Shown here in pieces: positions 23,185-50,000 of a stretch of 64,000 nucleotides of DNA (position 1 is its first letter; every line of letters begins with the position of its first letter). Location: assembly GCF_009914755.1 (NCBI RefSeq), contig NC_060925.1, one strand, 5' to 3'. Origin of the DNA: the human T2T-CHM13v2.0 reference genome, Homo sapiens. The notes under the pieces were generated by a model. The model was not told the DNA's origin. It worked only from the letters and a program-made list of their open reading frames with translations, and did not search any database. Both the position numbers and the translations under genes were made by a program.

Positions 23185-23300
23185 GTGCTGTGCATTGTAG
23201 GGTGTGCCCGTAGTCCCAGTTTCTAGGAAGGCTGAGGCGAGAGGATCACTTGAGGTCAGGAGTTTAAAAGCAACTTGGGCAACACAGGGAGACCCATAAT
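23185..23300 (+). mobile_element. Old Alu monomer (FLAM-like)
   Basis: GTAGTCCCAG...GGATCACTTGAGGTCAGGAGTTT...GGGCAACACAGGGAGACCC; TSD AATCTAACAAGG at 23173-23184 and 23742-23753. Confidence 0.75.
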
Positions 23301-23741
23301 GAAAAAAAAGAAGGAAGGAAGAAGGAAGGAAGGAAGGAAAGGGAGGAGGGAAGGGAGGGAGGAAGGAAGAGAGGAAGGAAGGAAGGAAAAAAGGAAGAGA
23401 AAAAGAAAGAAAGAGAAAGAAAGAGAGAAAGAAAGAAAGAAAGAAGGAAGGAAGGAAGGAAAGAAAGAAAGAAAGAAAGAAAGAAATAAAGAAAGAAAGA
23501 AAGAAAGAAAGAAAGAGGGAGGGAGGAAGGAAGGAAGGTAGAGGGAGGGAAGGAAGGAAGGGAGATGGAAGGAAGGAAGGGGAAAGAAAGGGAGAAAGGA
23601 AGGGAAGGGAAGGGAAGGGGAGGGAAAAGGAGGGAAGGGGAGGGAAAAAGGAGGGAAGGGAAGAGGGAGGGAAGGGAAGAGGGAGGGAAGGGAAGAGGGA
23701 GGGAATGGAAGAGGGAGGGAAGAGGGAGGGAGGAAGGAAGG
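23301..23741. repeat. Polypurine (GGAA/GAAA/GGGA) tract of about 440 bp
   Basis: Almost no pyrimidines on the plus strand. Confidence 0.97.
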
Positions 23742-23999
23742 AATCTAACAAGGTACTAACTGTTCTTGAAATGCCCTGGGAAGGTGGGAGTGACTAGAGG
23801 AGTTGCAAGAGGCTGAAATGAGAACAAAGGTCACCTTTAGTGTCCTGTAAGTGCCTTGAGTGTCAGACAGTCAATCACTAGACAAAAAAGACCAAACAAT
23901 CCATAGTTCCCATAGAGGGTGACCCTAAAATCTCCCCCTACCCCTGCAACTTTCTTCGGCTGCTGGCAGGGAGAGGCACAAGCACAGGCAGGGGCTTAT

Positions 24000-24763
<764 letters not shown>

Positions 24764-25486
24764 TTAGAATGATAGGATCAAAGAGGCCTTTTCCCAACCC
24801 TCTGTTTAAAAGGTTGGGAAGTAGTGGCCAGTCACCTTCTTCACAGCATAGCTCATAGCTATAACCTGTGAGACATATGTCAATGTGCCTTCCATAAGCA
24901 TATAAACATGAGTGTGTTTGCTGAGGTAGGTGTGGGAATCTGTCAGTCAATGAAGATATGTTGTGTGAACCAGCTGATGGTGCATGTTTGTGCTTGAAAG
25001 CCATAAAGTTCTATGCAAAATCTATGGGTGGCACTGTTGCACAATGCTAGTGGGTGTGTGGGTATGGGGGTGTGATTAACTGTTTACAGGCTGTGTATAA
25101 GTGTGCATGGATGTCTGAGTGTGTGCAAATTAAAACGGAAATATGTGCCGGAGTATGATACAAAGTACAGGAAAGTACTCGGGCTTTGGAGTCTGTCTGA
25201 CTTGGTCTTGAATCGTTGGCTCTGTCATTAGCCGGATGTATAACCTTGGGCCAGACACTCAATCTTCAATTCCCTCAACTAGGAAATGAGGTTAATAATA
25301 AGTACCTTTCAAGATTAAATGAGGACTAGAAACGATACCATATAGACAAAGCTTTTGGTGTCATAGCCCACGCATAGCAGGACTCAAAAGTAAGCAGCTA
25401 TTTTCATGCACTGTCAGTATACCTCTGGTGGGTACAGGGACAAGAGGGAACAAAATGTGACCTGTATATAAGGTGTAGGGGAGGAC

Positions 25487-25488
<2 letters not shown>

Positions 25489-25536
<48 letters not shown>
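25489..25536. repeat. Perfect (GT)n microsatellite of about 24 units
   Basis: Directly visible. Confidence 0.97.
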
Positions 25537-25538
<2 letters not shown>

Positions 25539-28500
25539 ACAAAACAATTTATTCTCCTTCTCCAAGGAACCCCCTATTCAGACAGGAGCAGGAAGGTAGG
25601 AGGGGACATACAAGTGTCCACAGACACCTCGGGTTTCTGGGTCCTGGATCTAAGTGAGTAAGGGGTTGAGAGGCCCGTAGGAGCTGCAGGAAGCCAGCCG
25701 CCTGCCCAAGCTTCCTTTTTTTTCCCCTCCGCCCAGCAACCGTTGAATACCGCCACCCACATCCACTCCCCACCTCCACCCTCACCCCTCCTCCACCCCT
25801 ACTCAGCTTTCTATTCAACAAGTGAGAGCAAGGGCGGGGAAGAAAGCCGACAGGGGAGAGGATTGCTTCCCTTTCTTTTCCCATTCCCCCTTAAGACGAA
25901 CCAGGAAGTAACCGCAAGAATCGGGCCACCTTAACAGTAGAGTAATGGTTTGGCCTCGCGCCAAGTCCCACCTCTGTTCCAGCTCCTGCTCCTCCCCTCT
26001 CTCTTCCCGCACTGCTTGGGGAGAGCTGGTGAGCAAGAGTCTGGCCCGAGTTAGCTAGAGCTGTTGCCATGACAAGCATTTTCTTAAGAAAGCTCTGCTG
26101 TTGAGATCGTCCAAAGCTGGGGGCTGGGAGGGGGGGCACGAACTTCGTGGGGCACCATCCCTCCGAAGAGAGCAAGATCAGAGACACCCGCCCAGCTCTC
26201 CTGCACCCTTTTTCTTTCAGGAACCTGAGAGGTCCTTCCCATTGGAGGGGCAGGGGGAGGAGACCCAGCCCACTCCCCGGCCTTAGCCAGAAAGGCAAGA
26301 GAGCAAAGCCAGCGTCTCTAGCTTGGTTGCCACACTGGGGAGACTGGTGGGTGGTCACCCCACCCTACCCTCATCCATGGAAACCCGGAGGGAGAGTCCC
26401 GCCTGGAGAAACCTGGATCTTTGCTAGAAAGAGAGGTAGGCTTGCAGAGAATGAATTGACTTGTGATTTGCAAACTTTGTTTCTTTCTTTTCTCTCAATG
26501 GCTTCTAAAACTCCCCGATTTTCCTCTTTCTAGAATATTTCATGCGACTGGGTTTGGAGGATTTTTTTTTAAATATGTGTGTGTGCACAGATTTGTCAAA
26601 TACTGTTTTACCTATTATCAGTTCTGAGAAACCATATAGTCGAACAAGTGATTTATCTCTCTTTTCCTAGTTCTTGTCATTCCTGGGCTATGGGGTAGGG
26701 TAATGGAGGGTTCTCTTTTTGACACCAAAATTGAGCTCTTGGAAAAAATATTTATCTCCCCTCCCTCAACCCATTCCGTTCCTGCCCTCCCCTTCCCCCC
26801 TTGGCTTGGGAATGAGACGCAGGATGGAAAACTGTTGCAAAAATATTTTCCGTGTCTGTTCCCTTTCTCGAAAGCCCAAAAGAGAGATGGAAAAAAAAAA
26901 AAAAAAGGAACCAAAGAAATCTTCAGCAGAAAGAGGGGCTGCAGCGGGAACTAGGAGAGGGGCACTTTGGGGCCATGGGGTGGAGGTGGGCTGGGAGAAG
27001 TTGGCAGGAGTGGGGAAGGAGAGTGCACGAATTAAATTTCTTTAGCTTTGCAGAGAAACCTCAGCAGTTTCTCTGTGCTGCTTGCAAAACATCCTCAGAC
27101 TTTCACATGTATAATTAGCTGTGGAAAAAGCTGGGAGTTACCTCGTACCGCTGTTGTTTGAGTGTGTGTGAGCGTCCAGAACCAACTGTATGAGTGTCTC
27201 CGAGGGCACCGCCCCACACATCTCTGGTCCCAAAGGGGAGGAAGGAGAAGGGTGAATTGAAAAGTTTCCGATGTCGAGGCTGGACACTGTGGGGCTGGTG
27301 AGTGTTTGGCAGATGGGGTGGGCCACAGGCATCTGTGGAAGGATCCCTGAGCGTCTCGGGCCACTGCCTTGGCTTGCTGAAGAGCTAGGAATTAAGACTG
27401 GGATTGTCCTTCCTGCTCTCCCTTCTCTCTTTCTTTTACATACTTGGCTCGCTCTTGGTAGAGGGGGCTGCTGGCATCCTTCCCCGAGTCGAGTCTGGCC
27501 TCTTACACTCCTCCACCTCCCTGAGGGTACCCGCCGCTCTTCTCCAACTGGGTGTGGAGGGTGCAGGAGTGGCCAGCCGCATCTTGGGAGGGGAGTGGGC
27601 ACTCTGCTGCCAGAGGCACGTCCCTCCTGGGCATTCCTGCCGGACTTAACAATAACTTGCAGACGTGATGCCGGCGCCTGCTGGCCGGGCAGGGGGAATG
27701 TCAGATGAAGAAATAGGCCGGTACTCAACTGAGGCCCCTGTGGAGAGGGGAAAGGAGTGGGGGAGGGAAGGGAAACAAAATCCCATTCTGCAGCGCCCCC
27801 CTCCTCTGTGTGAGGAGTCTGGCAGGGAGTCTAGAGACCCTGGCCCTGCTCCTTAAGCCCCTCCCCAAGCTGCCCCTTCTCCACGCGCTTCCCATTGGAG
27901 GCCCTACTACGCCCCCTCCACTCTGAGCCCTCTACCTGGAGGAAGGAGACCAGGCTCATTCCAGGCTGGGCCAGGCCCAGGAAAGCAGCCTGGGAGTGAC
28001 GAGGGGCTGGGCCAGGAGTGTTTAGGAAGAAGGGGAGTGGAAGAGGCCTCCTAGCCCATGTGCTGAGTTACCCTCCTTGGCTGAGGGTGGTGGCTTGGGG
28101 AGCAGACTCTGGGAGGGGCAGGAAGGATGGTGGCAGCTTGGTAAGGCGTGTTCTGGAAGGTGGGCCCTAAACCCTGAAGCAGACAAATCTGTGGGAATCA
28201 GGCTGGGGGAGAGGAAACACCTGCCTTCAGCCCCAGGGCTTGGAGGAGTGGTAAAGGCTACAGCTGAGACACTGCGGGAGAAGGAAGTAAAACACTTAGA
28301 GGAGAGCTCATCTCGGGGCTGGGGATGCAACAGGAACGATTTGATTTTCACTTTGAGGTGTTGATTGATCTGACTGCACCCCTCGGCTAGACAGCTCTTC
28401 CCTACCTGTGTTCTGCTCGAGAAGGGAATGAGGCCTTCCCCAGTGGGCAGGGCCCCCAAGACAGAATTAATGCCCGTGTTCTGGAGGGAGGGGATCCATT

Positions 28501-28539
28501 TCTATACTCCTCCTCGGGAGTCCCATCCTCCCTGCCACC

Positions 28540-29230
28540 ATCTTGCTGAGGTGCAACCTCGAAAATCACGCCGCTTTCGCCGCGGCCTCCCATCGTGGAG
28601 GCTCAGAGTGCAGCTATTCCTGCAGCCGGCCTTCCTATTTTCAGTAATCTGATTAGGGGTCGATGTTGGTGGGCTCGGGGACGGCTTCTCCGTGAGGTCG
28701 TTATTTAGCGCGCACCGGGTCGCCTGAGCCCGGGGTCGCGGCCAAAGGGGTAATCGGCTCCCGCAGTCTCAGCCCTTCCCCCGGGGCTCGGGGCAGGATT
28801 GACTGCGCAACCCTGCGGCCCCTGTGCTCTCCGCGGCCTCTGCGACCCCGCCCCGCCAGCCTCTCCGCCGCTGGGCTCCACCCTCCCGGGCTCTGCTGTA
28901 GTCTGAGAACTCCGTGGAGAATGCGAACCGAGCGGCGAACGGAGGCTTCCTGCCTCCCAGGTTGTGCCGAGCCTCAGACCCTTCTCCCTTCCATTTACCA
29001 CCAAGTCTCTAGATTCAAGGTCAAGTCAAAGGAGCACAGCCCGTCTTACCCCTGGGACTCCCAGCGCCCAGCACGGAGCCTGGGATGTTAGAGCGCTGGG
29101 TCAAGGCATGTTGAGAGAAGCACGGGCAGTTTGGGGGCCTTGGAATCAGCCTGACGCCAGCGAGTTCCTAACCCGCCGTCTGGCCTCCAGTTTCCCCTCT
29201 GCACAATGGAAAGCCTGCTCTCCACGGTAG
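28540..29230. promoter_or_regulatory. CpG island, probable promoter or enhancer
   Basis: Dense CpG in non-Alu sequence; TAATCTGATTA at 28645-28655 and TCAAGGTCA at 29015-29023. Confidence 0.75.
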
Positions 29231-30792
29231 AGGTGACAGGGCGTGGCTAGGCAGATTTGTCACACTGCTGTGGTCTTTGTCAGAAGAAAATCAAAATGAG
29301 AGGGCCCAGTTAGGGGCAGAAGGAGAGCAGTTAGAATTTGCCGAAGGTGTGGGGGCTGGAAGAGGTAAGGTGATGTGTAGGGGCTGGATGTCCTGGGCCA
29401 GGATATCGGGAGGCTTTACTCTTCCCCACTCCCACTAACCGGAGGTCCCGAGAGGAACGGGGTCTGGGCTGCTCCCTGCCACCTGTCAGCAGGTCAAGCC
29501 TTCCACCGGAAACTGCCCCTTATTCAAGAATTTAGCTTCTCTCAAAAACTCCGAAACCCCTTTTCTCTCTCTCTCTCTCTCTTTTTTTTTTTTTTTTCAA
29601 TGCTCCTGGCCTTGGACCCAGCACCCAAAGACATGGATTAGCCCTATCCACTAGGACAGAGCATTGCAGACCCACTAAGCCTTGGAGAGAGAAAAGGATC
29701 TTGTTCATTCTTAGTCCCCAGAATGACCAAGACAAACCCCGTTAGCCAAACCCCTAAAAAACTGTTTGGCTTAGGTTAGATTAGCTCCAAGTGTTTGACC
29801 TTGAAGGGGAACACCCCACCCAGAGTCTTAACTATCCTTCTCTGGAAGGATTCTTCAGGCAATCTGAATTCTTCCCCCGAAGGGCGCCCCTCAGACAAGG
29901 CTCCCTACCCAGCCCAGTTCCCTGCTTCTCAGATAAGCATTGATTCCTGTCATCCCAGTGGGTATTTGGTGGGTAGGGGTGAGAAGGAAAGAGGGATGAG
30001 AAAAGCAAGGCCTCTGCCTTGTCAGACTGGGATGACAACCTTTCTCCACTCATGTCCCCTTTTCTGCAGGTCATAGGATTAGAGCAGGCCCTGGGGCTGG
30101 AGTCCAAAATGCTTGTGTGGAATGTTTTGCCCTTGGCTTCCTCTGCCAGTATCTCTCCTTGTGTCCTCTTTCCTCTTTCCCTTGTGTGAGCCATTCTTGT
30201 TCCACTGACTTATTTCCTCTGTACATGTTAAAACAGAAATGACAGGGACTTTCTATTTCTGCCTCTACCTTAAGCCAGTCCTCTGTGTTCAGCCTACATG
30301 AACTTGAGTTGAGGAGGGAAACCAGGCAGGATCTAGTGAGGACCAGAGCCAAGGGCTCTGGGTCAGGGAAGAGGCTTGAGAGGCAGTCTATGTGTGAAGG
30401 ATAGTGGAGAGGCCAAAGGAAAGGAAAGGATTGAGAACATAGGTGCCAAGGGGCAGAGCCCCCATTTCTACCTTTCCTCACCCCAGTTCCTCTCTGCCTA
30501 AGATCCTCAGCCTCATTACTCACCTCTGCTCTAGTTTCCCAAGTTTCATGCACAAATCCCTGGGACAACTCAGGGAAGATGAACTGGGATGGGATTACTA
30601 AGACCCCCTTCCTCTTGCCTTTCTGCCACTTCACTTGGGGTGTGGCAAAGGGAGTTTGGAGCAGTGCGTTTATTGGTAGGAAGGTCAAGGACTCTCAGCT
30701 AGGTTCAAGGAAAGTCTTAGCTTAGAACACCTCATAGCAAGGTCTACCTAGGTTGCGAAATCAATGCCAGGAATACAAACAAGTAGTATACC

Positions 30793-30877
30793 CTCAATAC
30801 TAACAGCCCATCTAACATCCCAGGCTCCGTGCTGGGCGCTGGGAGTCCCAGGGGTAAGACGGGCTGTTAGTATTGAG
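30793..30877 (-). repeat. Inverted 57-bp duplicate of 29036-29092 (at 30811-30867) bracketed by a 17-bp inverted repeat
   Basis: Base-by-base reverse-complement identity; arms CTCAATACTAACAGCCC (30793-30809) and GGGCTGTTAGTATTGAG (30861-30877). Confidence 0.95.
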
Positions 30878-30884
30878 CCCGGGA

Positions 30885-34965
<4,081 letters not shown>

Positions 34966-36340
34966 AGCCAGAGAGAGAAGTCCATGCCAGAGGCACTCCT
35001 AGATTCCTGGTTTCTTCTCACTTTATCTGCAAAACTCCTGACCAATAGGAGTGTCTTTTCTAAGCTCTTGGGTGCTGAGAGTCCCCATGGAGCACACAGA
35101 GGGATCTTCTAAGAAAGTAAGGTCCTTTAGGAAGCCTACCTTCCCACCCTCACTGCTCCCCACCCACAGCCTCTCCTGTCCAGACAGGAGCACCTGGGCC
35201 CTGATGAGTGGGCCACAAAGGGAGGTAGGATGACAGGCATTCTCCCACCATGCCATGGGGCCAGCTGAGGGAACCTGGGGACTGAGGGCTTCCAGAGTCA
35301 CCCACCTAACTTTTGAGGAGACAGGTCCCAGGCTGTAAGAGAAGAAATTCACCAAACAGCCCAGAGATTGTTGCTGACCAAACCTTTAGTGTCCCTTAGA
35401 ATTCTCTAATTAGGTGATTCTGAAAGAAACCAGCAAGCAGTGCCTGCCTGGAGCCTTCATGCCTGAGCTAAGCAAGGCCTTCTAGGCACTCCCTTGGCAA
35501 GGGCAGCACACCTGGCTGTCCTGTCATTGACCCAAATCATTGTGCTACCCACCCCCGCCTCCCCATCCTGATCGTCGCTCTGGAGAGAGATTGAGTTTCC
35601 AGGATGGCTTCTCTCTCTCTTTTTCTCCCTCTCTTCTCCTGGAAACCCTGGGGCTAGGCCCTACATGACTCAGGGCTCTTTTTACGTAGGCTCATGTAGG
35701 TGACGGCTATTAATCCTTTAGTCAATTCCCCTTCTGTGTTGGTGAGGGAGCCTGAAAGAGCGGGAGCCAGGAAGTTGGAAGGGGACAGACAGGGAGGAGT
35801 TTGTTCTAGTGGGCTGCCAGGCTTGCCAGAAGAGCACGGGACTGGGAGTCAGAAAACTGGTAATCTGGACTCTTGTCTGCTGTGTAACCTTGATTGAAGC
35901 AGGGGATATCTCTGGGCCTTCATCAACTGCACTGTTACATGAAACCAAGTTTGGACATACAGACATTCCTGATTCAAGACCCTCCTCTTCTATAGAAGAC
36001 AAAGGAGTAAAACTCTCAATGCCCAAACCAAACTCTTTTATCACAGATAGAGTCTAGCACAATGTAACAATTTGCAGCCAAGTCCCATCCTTCTGCCCAG
36101 GATGACCAGGGGAAAAGAGGCCAAAAAGCATATGGCTTTGAACTGCCACCATTGATGTTTGGGAGTAGAACAGGTTCTAAGATTTCCCACCTCCACCTGC
36201 CGGGAACTTCAATTAGGAAGTACCTTCCAAGGCCGTAATTCTGCTATGTCCTAGGCCAGAAACTAAGGAATATTAGCTAGAGGTAGAGAAATTCAAACTT
36301 TCACAAAGTTTCCTAGGGCACATAATCCCCCCAAAAGTTA

Positions 36341-36732
36341 TTATATTGAACCATATGAAAATGCCAATATACGGCTGGGTGCGGTGGCTCACGCCTGTAA
36401 TCCCAGCACTTTGGAAGGCCGAGGCAGGCGGATCACGAGGTCAGGAGATTGAAACCATCCTGGCTAACACGGTGAAGCCCCGTCTCTACTAAAAATAGAA
36501 AAAATTAGCCGGGCGAGGTGGCAGGCGCCTGTAGTCCCAGCTACTGGGGAGGCTGAGGCAGGAGAATGGCGTGAACCCCCGGGGCGGGGCGGAGCCTGCA
36601 GTGAGCCGAGATCGCACCACTGCACTCCAGCCTGGGTGACAGAGCAAGACTCTGTCTCAAAAAAAAAAAAAAAAAAAAGCCAATATACAACCACTTTTGA
36701 CCTACAAAGGCAATTTCATGTAGCTCACCTAA
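36341..36732. mobile_element. MADE2-like mariner MITE split by an AluY (36373-36678)
   Basis: TTGAACCATATGAAAATGCC ... TTTTGACCTACAAAGGCAATTTCATGTAGCTCACCTAA matches the palindromic MADE2; Alu TSD GCCAATATAC. Confidence 0.8.
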
Positions 36733-39552
36733 CAATATTATTCGACACTGGAATAATGTCAGTGGCATTACAGTCAGTGTTGTGAGCTGCAGAGATTAGG
36801 TTTTCATCTGAGCTGTGGGTTGGATTAGAAATTCAGGCAAAGTTGCCAGCTGCTAGGCCAGCTTACCCTCCTTGCCAATCCAGACTTTCAGCCCTAGAGG
36901 TAGACATGTTGGCAGAGCCCTTGTTTGGACTCTGGTTGAGATTCTAGCATTAGCCTTCCTGGCAACTGGCCAGGGAAGCTGCCCAAGGTAGAGAGGAATG
37001 TATCATCCATCTATAGTCTGCTTTTCTTGTGTCCCAAATGCCCTGCTTCCTATCTTGGGAGCTGAAGACGGAGGAAAATTTAAGAAAGGAGGAAATGGAA
37101 ATACTGGCCCTATTCATCCTCTGTCTAGTGGGATACAAGAGCGGGAACACACACTTGAAATCTCATCTGGTGCAGGGACACATGACCTAGTGATGGCTGG
37201 TAACTGCTAATAGGATGGCTGGGGGCTGAAGGGGTCTTAGTGGGAATGGGGAGACTAGAATTTGGCAGGGCTCAACTGGAAATTATTCATGGAGGAGGTG
37301 ATTGCCAAACAGGATTTTAAAGAGAAAGGACAGATTTGATGGAGGAGGGGAGGGGAGATGGGGAGGAAGGGGTGTGCTGCTACCACCCGACTGAGGACAC
37401 TCAGAGCATCCTGGAGAATCGGATACTCTGGCAGGTGAGGGAGGCTGTCTGATCCCACTCGCTGGAAGGCCTCCAGCCTTTGTCTGAGCCAGTACCGGTA
37501 CTGTGGGCAGGATGGCATCTGGCCTCAGCAGCGGCCTGCCACCTGTCTGCTTTCCTGGCACTTATGGACCATTAGGATGATTTTTTGATGTTTTCTCCCT
37601 GCTGTCCATATTACAGCCTTCTTTGTGGGGAGCACTCGTACGACATCTGTTAGGATGCAAGGACAGGCACAGCAAGCAGCAAGCATCCATTCCAGGAGCT
37701 TTCTGACCTTGTACAGGGGAGGACGGTCACCAGGCTTTGGGCTTGTCACCAGGCTCATTTTACTGAGACAGAGCATTTGAGATGGACAGAGAACTGGCAC
37801 CTCGAGACTTGCCCAAAGACACTGGGTTAGTTTGAGGCAGAGGTGGGGGTACAGCCTAGTTCTCCCCACTCCAAGACTGGGACCTCGACCCCATCACTAC
37901 AACACTGTGTGACCAGATCAACACCAAACTTCCCTGGTTCCCAATGTCTCTACCCACATGGCAGAGAGAACTATCCCCGTCCCTCCAAGGTTGATGTGAG
38001 GTCATGTGCTAGGAGCAGTTTGGAAGACAGATTCTAGAAACCATAAAGGTGCTGGTGGCATGATTGTTACTGTTGCTGTTATTATTAACAATTAAGGTCA
38101 TTAGCACACAGAAAATGCAAAGAAGTATTTGGCACTGCCCGTATCACCGTGCAGCTCCTAACAGTCCCCTCCATGGCTCCTCCTCGCACACTGGGCCTTG
38201 AGCTGAGAGAGGCAGAGTAATTGAGAGGGGAAGCAGAAGTCCTGGGAAGAGGTGTGCAGAGATCTCCTCCTGCCGGGGTATTCTTGGCCCTACGCTTTCC
38301 TCAGGGTGTGCCTCCTCCAAAAGGTCAGAGGAAGTGCAGAGGGGAAGGAGGGGAAGCACTATTAACTCCATCCTTCCTTAGCAGCTGACTAAGTCAGGTT
38401 GGCTGCTGAGCTCTGATTTGGGATCTAAGAGTCAAGAGGGCGGGGCCACCATAATGTGACAGCACAGGCTGATTTGATTGCCAGAGCCAATCTGTCATTC
38501 ATTTGCTTGTTCACTTATCCATTTATTTATCCAACAAACATGAAGCGAGCACAGACCATATGCCAAGCACTATGTTAAGGGTTTGGGAAGAAGTGGTATC
38601 CGGGAGGCAAAGGAAGGGCTCAGCATCACTGATGTTAAGCTCAGGGATGATTGTCCCAAGCCTGGGGACTCACAGCAAGCCCCGCTTGTTGGTAGTGCTC
38701 TAGGGAGTTTGCATCTGTTTCCCTGGAGAGCACATTTAACCCTTGACTTCAGGGAGGTAAGATCTAGACCCGACGCACAACTGAGCTGGTAGGGGCCTTA
38801 GATATCATTGCAGGGCAGCCCCTGGTGTTAGCAGTGAGACCATGGCCTGAATGGTAAAGGGCTTGCGCTTGTCCTTTGCTGAAGAAAGCCTTCTCCTGGA
38901 CCAGGGCATGGTGCCGAAGCTGGGTGTGGGTCCAGCCTGGTTTATTCAGCCGCTCGGTTGGCCTCCCGGTGTTACCTGACTTTACCATCCCCTGCTTATA
39001 TCCGGAGCCTCTGCCTCTGATGGGGTGGAGATGTTCTGTTGCTGGGATGCCCAGAGGAATCCAAATGGTACTGAGAAATAGAACAATACCTCTCCAGAGA
39101 AGCCCTCCAGTTCCTCCTCCAGTCTTTACCTCTCATTTCAGCCTCTTAATCCCTATTTTCAGAGGCAATGTGGTATAAAGGATAAAGGAGTGGATTTAGC
39201 TTCAGTTGGTACATGCTGTACACATCTGCACCTAGCCTGAGTTTTGCCCTCTTTAAAGTTTGTATAATATCGCCTTTCATTACTTACCCCATAGAGTGTT
39301 ATGACAGACAAATAAGGTATTGTAGGTAAAAGCATCCCATAAACATTAAAGTGCTAGATATACGTAAAGCTTATTATTCCGGTGACCCCCTCTTCCTATT
39401 CCCCACTCTTCATCTCAGTTCCTTCTCTTGACTGCCCAACCCCTTGACCCCACTCCCAAGAACATCCTCCTGTTCTCTGTGTGTTCCCACTCCTGCTCTC
39501 ACTGCATCCTCCCTCCTTGCTTAGATCAAGATCTAAAACACTTGTTGCATCC

Positions 39553-45112
<5,560 letters not shown>

Positions 45113-45559
45113 GTATATTGCCTTTTCATAGGAACGTTGACATAGTTAAACCCTACCTTATCGTATGATCATTCTTGTTTCAGCCACTTTTAGAGACACC
45201 ACGTTTCGAGGAGGGCTTTTGTTGTTTTCTCGGTGTACTTTAATCCAAATGGCAAATTTTTAGCCAGGTGGTTATTTTTTAAGAATATTTACTTTTTTTT
45301 CCAGAGTATAAAAGTAATATGTAAAAAGGATCTCACATATACTGAGCACTTACTATATTTCAGGCACCAAGACACATGCTAAAACTGCATGACCTCATTC
45401 CCTCCTCATGACAATCCTAATAAGGAAGGAGTCATTCCTATCTTCCCTTTCAAAAAAAGAAAGTAAGGCTCAAAGAGATAAAATACTTTTATCCAAGTTC
45501 CCACAGCTACCAAGTGGTGGTTGTGGAATTCAAACCATGGCTCTCAAACTTCAGAGTCC

Positions 45560-49032
<3,473 letters not shown>

Positions 49033-49439
49033 CCAAGTGCTGTACTTTACAGACCAGAAAAATTGAGGTCACGGAAACTCCACAGCCCCCACTCGTACCC
49101 GGCCAGGCATGTCACACTCGCCACTCTGGGGCCCAGGGTCCCCATACGCTAAGTAGGGTGTGCTCCAGGTTACCTCCCCTTCTTCCAGAGCTGCTGAGGA
49201 CTAATGAGAACACTCACTTGTAGACGCTGTAATAGCCTGTTTTGAAGCATCTCAGATTTACCCCAGCCTTCCCTTCCATGGTGATGTAAACGGAGTGGCT
49301 TTCACGCACACATCCCAGAACCAGCCCAGTTTTTGCCCTTGTCCTCTGACATAATGCATGCATTGATCAATAGACATTTATCAAGCATGCCTGCCCCGTA
49401 AAGCTTGGAGCGAGGCCCTGGTCCCCTGGGTTTTGGCAG

Positions 49440-50000
49440 CTCAAGGACGGGCGCTCCCGGGGAAGCTGTGCTGAGAAGTCGGCTGAGCCACTGAAGCCAC
49501 AGGGTTTGGTTTCAGGGAGGCCAGGTGAGGGGCAGGGTGAGAACTGGGAGGGTTCCCCAGGTGTGTTCCCCGGGTTGTGGTGTGGTGTGATGTGGTGGGG
49601 GACAGGACGAGGGTCCCTGGGGAGGGAGAGAGGTGCTTGGCTGGCTGGGTCGAGTGAGTCATCGGCCCCCTCTGAGCAATCGCTGCTGCCCAGGTGGAGT
49701 CGGCCCGCCTTATCTGGGGCTTCTGTGCTGAGCCAGGCCTCCAGGGCTAAGGCGTTTGTTTCCCCAGCTGCTTCCCGGGCCGCGCTGGTAGCCAGCTGAG
49801 CCCGGCGCCTGCGGCTGAGTTGCACCGCGCAGAGGCCGGGGGAGCTGCAGGTCCGAACTCGGCCGGCCCGGGGCGAGGGCGGGCGGGGAGCGGGGCGGGC
49901 TAGGGCGAGCGAGGCTGCCACACCCCCGGGACTCGCTGGTGCGAGGCTCAGCATGCCGGCTGCGGAAGTCCCGCACAGGGCAGCTTCCAGGCCTCCTGTC
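49440..50000. promoter_or_regulatory. CpG island with clustered GC boxes, probable promoter
   Basis: GGGCGG boxes and seven G3+ runs at 49870-49905; AP-1 TGAGTCA at 49655-49661; ETS-type CGGAAGT near 49963. Confidence 0.75.

Noticed and set aside
23176-23759. Long K/E/R/G-rich and F/L/P/S-rich ORFs
   Set aside because: Translations of the polypurine tract
37370-37830. Protein-looking plus-strand frame (TEDTQSILENRILWQ...SLLCGEHSYDIC...DRAFEMDREL) with a GTGAG donor at ~37435
   Set aside because: Multiple stops and no recognisable homolog; would need tBLASTx or PhyloCSF to revive as a pseudo-exon
49367-49954. 195-aa ORF over the CpG island (likewise 27138-27728 and 30071-30688)
   Set aside because: Long stop-free frames are expected in GC-rich DNA; low-complexity composition and no known family
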